A stretch of DNA of 62,854 nt, filler included, from Nemertoderma westbladi (lineage: Eukaryota > Animalia > Xenacoelomorpha), in the NCBI GenBank assembly GCA_032718475.1. It is 3 parts of 3 records of this genome, joined end to end, with 100 filler letters (N's around TTAATTAATTAA, not from the genome) between each part and the next. Parts side by side here need not be neighbours in the genome. Positions count along the whole stretch, not along the records: positions 56,335 to 62,854 come from JAUCBJ010005977.1; 2 more parts are not named here. One strand, 5' to 3'. The notes beneath the pieces are model-generated. The model saw only the letters and a list, made by a program, of their open reading frames with translations, did no database searches and was not told the DNA's origin. Positions 59,656 to 62,854 of this stretch are shown here, in pieces. Numbering within the stretch: the first letter of the stretch is position 1; each line of letters begins with the position of its first letter. A program made the translations under genes and the position numbers.

Positions 59656-60887
59656 AACTTAAATTAAACTGTAGAGTAAAATATAAAGCGGAAAGTCTCG
59701 TATACTTTACATAATTCAAAGTGATTGGACCAATGTGTTAACGCCATGGATTGGACTGCAATTCACATTGGCACTGACACCACCCGAGCGGGTTCGTTGA
59801 TTAGAGATTTAATTGCTGAAGGATTCTCGCGGGAAATTTGAATTTCACTTATTCCAGTTTCGGCTCTAGCTGTACAATACAGATTAACGCGTTAACTTTA
59901 TTCATTTTGTGTTTTAACGGAAGGCTAGGAGCTGATGTTACACTGGCATAAAATGAATGTGCAAGAAATTAAAGGAATGTAATAGCAACAACACGCGGGC
60001 GATAACGTGAACTATATAACTAACCTGTGCGGTACATGGCCTTGCAAATTTTTCAACTATAATGAAATAGGGCCTACTAGTAAAAATTCAAACAGTAAAA
60101 CTCCAAAAGTAAAAACCTTAACCGCGGGTGCAAAGTCTGCAATTATATCTGTACTTAATGAACCCGCGGCTTATGACAGTGACACTACTAACGGAATAGG
60201 ATTTGTTAGTTTTCGTTTTTCATTTTGTTTCCCTACAAACATCTAGCGGTCTATGTTACTGTGTGCGATTAGAAGGGTTGCTGGAAAATGTTTTTAATTG
60301 CAATAATTTCCACACTGTCGCTGTGCTTCTGTTAAAAGTGCTATGCTTAATAATATATTTTGTTTTGTAGTAGTTCAGTTGCAGTAGGGCGTCTACGATA
60401 TATATATATTTATTTGTTTAATATTTCTATAAATATTTAATGATTAATATTTATCTCTATCACTCGTATTTAATACAATGCAATTAATTAATATACGCCA
60501 TACCCCGAAATAGAACGTTCGTGATTCAGTGACACGAACCCCTCACCCCTTCCCTCTATTTTTTCTACAAAACGTAATGAGATTGCATGAAATTTGAAAC
60601 AGAGATAGTTTCACCTCCCGACCACTGACTGGGTGAGCCAGAATTTTTATTTTCGTTTTCAATATTTAGCTACAAGCGTTTAATAAAATGTTTCCGGCGA
60701 TATTGCACCAGTTATTATTCATCCTTAAGCCTTCACCTTAGTGATTTGCTGGTACCGATTGAAATCTGGACGGACAAGCAACGATTCCAAACACCGAACA
60801 CAATTTAACCCAATAAGGCGAGTAATTTTTCACCTAATTAGATGTAGCCTTAAAAGTTGTGAGACAGGGGGGGGGGGGGGGGGGGCA

Positions 60888-61158
60888 TGACGCAAATCCC
60901 ATCCCAGCGAATTAATATTTCATATCAATGTTAATCTCATATCATATCAATGTTTTACTGTAGTAAAAATTCCTCCCTCTCCAGGGAAAATTGGACGAAA
61001 ATAATAGCTGAATGCTCTCAAAAAATAAACCTGTAACTATTGTGTTTAGTTTACTGTTTTGGTTAAAATAACGTGCCACTGTAACCTGCTCCTGTCCTTA
61101 AATTGAGAATTTAACATTGAGGCGGGATATTAATTCGTGAAGATGGGATTTGCGTCCA
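60888..61158. mobile_element. MITE; partial copies at ~9555, ~23410 and ~28625
   Basis: Inverted ends gacgcaaatcccatc..cgaattaatat / atattaattcg..gatgggatttgcgtc. Confidence 0.7.
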
Positions 61159-61329
61159 GTCTGTCTCGAGAATTAAATCCTTTTCCGTGAAATTGTCCTC
61201 ATTGAATGCACACTGTACTGTTATTCATACCTTCAGATTGGCGTAAATGTTAGGCATATTTTACTGTATTAACTGGTTTCATATGTCTGTATACTGGTAT
61301 GTGGCGGGTGTAAACGCTACGCCGACAAC

Positions 61330-62310
61330 CGATTATGGTTCACAGCTTTTTTAACGAATCGAACTCAACAAGTTGTTGTTGGTAATGCCTTTTCTACCGT
61401 ATGTGACGTCATTTCGGGCACTCAAGGAACAGTATCAGGGCCGCTGTTGTTTATAATTTTTATTAACGACTTACCAGATGTGGTGCATTTTGTGACGTGT
61501 AATTTGTTCGCTGATGATGTTAAGTTGCATTCAGTAGTCACCGACTGTACTAATTTAATTCGTGCTCTACATATTTTGGAATCTTGTGCTGATACTTGGC
61601 AATTGAAAGTTGCAGCTCATAAGTGCCATGTGCTTCAAATAGGAACCTACGGCCGAGATAATGGTGCTATTACTTACCAGTTGTGCGGTAGTATTTTGAA
61701 ACTGAATGCATCGTGTAGGGACTTGGGAATTACCATGTGCAGTGACTTAAATTTTGACCTATATTGTCGTGAACAAGTTTCCAAGGCGTTCAAGATTGTA
61801 AATATTATTTTCAGATGCATCTGTACAAATAATACTCGTGCCTTTCTCACTGCTTTTAAATCCTATGTACTTTGTAATATGTACTATGTAATTATTAGAA
61901 TATTGCACCTCTGTTTGGTCGCCCTATCATGTTGGAGCAATTGATCTCCTTGAGCGGGTACAAAGATATTTTACGCGCCGACTTTTTCGACGGGGCAATT
62001 TGGAACCTGTAGGTTATTTAGATAGGATTAGGATATTAAAACTACAACCTCTCGAAGTGCGCCGTGGTATTTTTGACTTAAAAATGGCACATTCTATAGT
62101 TTACAGTAATATCGACTTAAATTTGAACGATTTCTTCACTATTGCGCCGAGAGCTGGACTTAGAGGTCACGAGCTTAAACTCTACCATAAACAGTCGAGG
62201 CTTCTAATGTGCAAGAATAATTTTGCCCAGTTCCAATTTGGAACTGGCTCCCATCGGAATCTGTCAATACTGAAAGTAAATTTTTATTTTCCAAAAAGCT
62301 TAAAGACCTT
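61330..62310 (+). mobile_element. CR1-type LINE RT 3' fragment, frameshifted
   Basis: QGTVSGPLLFIIFINDLP..LFADDVKL..RDLGI..LERVQRYFTRR..LRGHELKL. Confidence 0.88.
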
Positions 62311-62854
62311 GACATGCTATCTTTTTGTAAATTTAATAGAAATTTGTAAACATGCGCATATTTTTATTTTTTTTTATTATTTTTGTGAATCATAACAATC
62401 AATTTTTATTGTGAATATTTTATTGCACATAGCCTACTGTTTACTGTACCCTTGTATTTATTTTATTTTATATTTTCAGCACCGCTTCTGTCTATTCTAC
62501 TGCACCGTTTTATGCTTTTTTATTTTGAATGTAAATATGATATCTTTATTCACTGCACCAATTTTTTTTTATCAATTTTCAGAAATTCGTAGACTATGAC
62601 ATTGTTGCGTTAATTTTAATTTTATTTTGTAGAATATATTTCTGTATTTTTGTGTAATTTTAGAGCCTGCTCGGTAAACCATTGGTGTTTAATTTTTAAT
62701 AACCTGGTTGTTTTCTCTCCTCATGTACTTTTAATTAAATTTTTATAAATACATAGAGTGATAATAATAATAATAAACATCCGACAACCCCTGTCTTCAT
62801 AACAGCAAATATGAAATTGTAACCTGAGTTCGTGACTCTCGCTTATTGTTTTGG

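Overview
AT-rich, repeat-dense genomic DNA from a metazoan, most likely an invertebrate. It is not prokaryotic: it has spliceosomal GT-AG introns, LINEs, SINEs and LTR elements. There are two scaffold gaps. Host genes: (1) a two-exon insulin-like peptide gene (24996-25265 + 31230-31439, 159 aa, 8 Cys in the B/A chains, basic C-terminal tail) that the ORF track splits; (2) a two-exon INPP5K/SKIP-type inositol 5-phosphatase with a SKICH domain (57831-58802 + 58910-59197); (3) one beta/gamma-crystallin-type exon on the minus strand. The rest is mostly mobile DNA: RTE and CR1-type LINE remnants, Tc1/mariner, hAT and piggyBac-type relics, MITEs, Nin-domain SINEs, Helentron-type short elements and a BEL/Pao LTR retrotransposon with a related solo LTR. 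Two things stand out. (A) The BEL/Pao element carries, between pol and the 3' LTR, a ~32-bp minisatellite and a long accessory ORF that looks like a WRN/EXD2/Mut-7-type DEDDy 3'-5' exonuclease fused to CCHC zinc knuckles, with NLS-like ends. (B) A ~390-410-bp tandem array at 34992-35957 in which each full unit is a tRNA-Gly-derived Pol III promoter joined directly to a type I hammerhead ribozyme, a retrozyme-like unit predicted to release a 388-nt RNA. All calls were made by eye; no searches were run.
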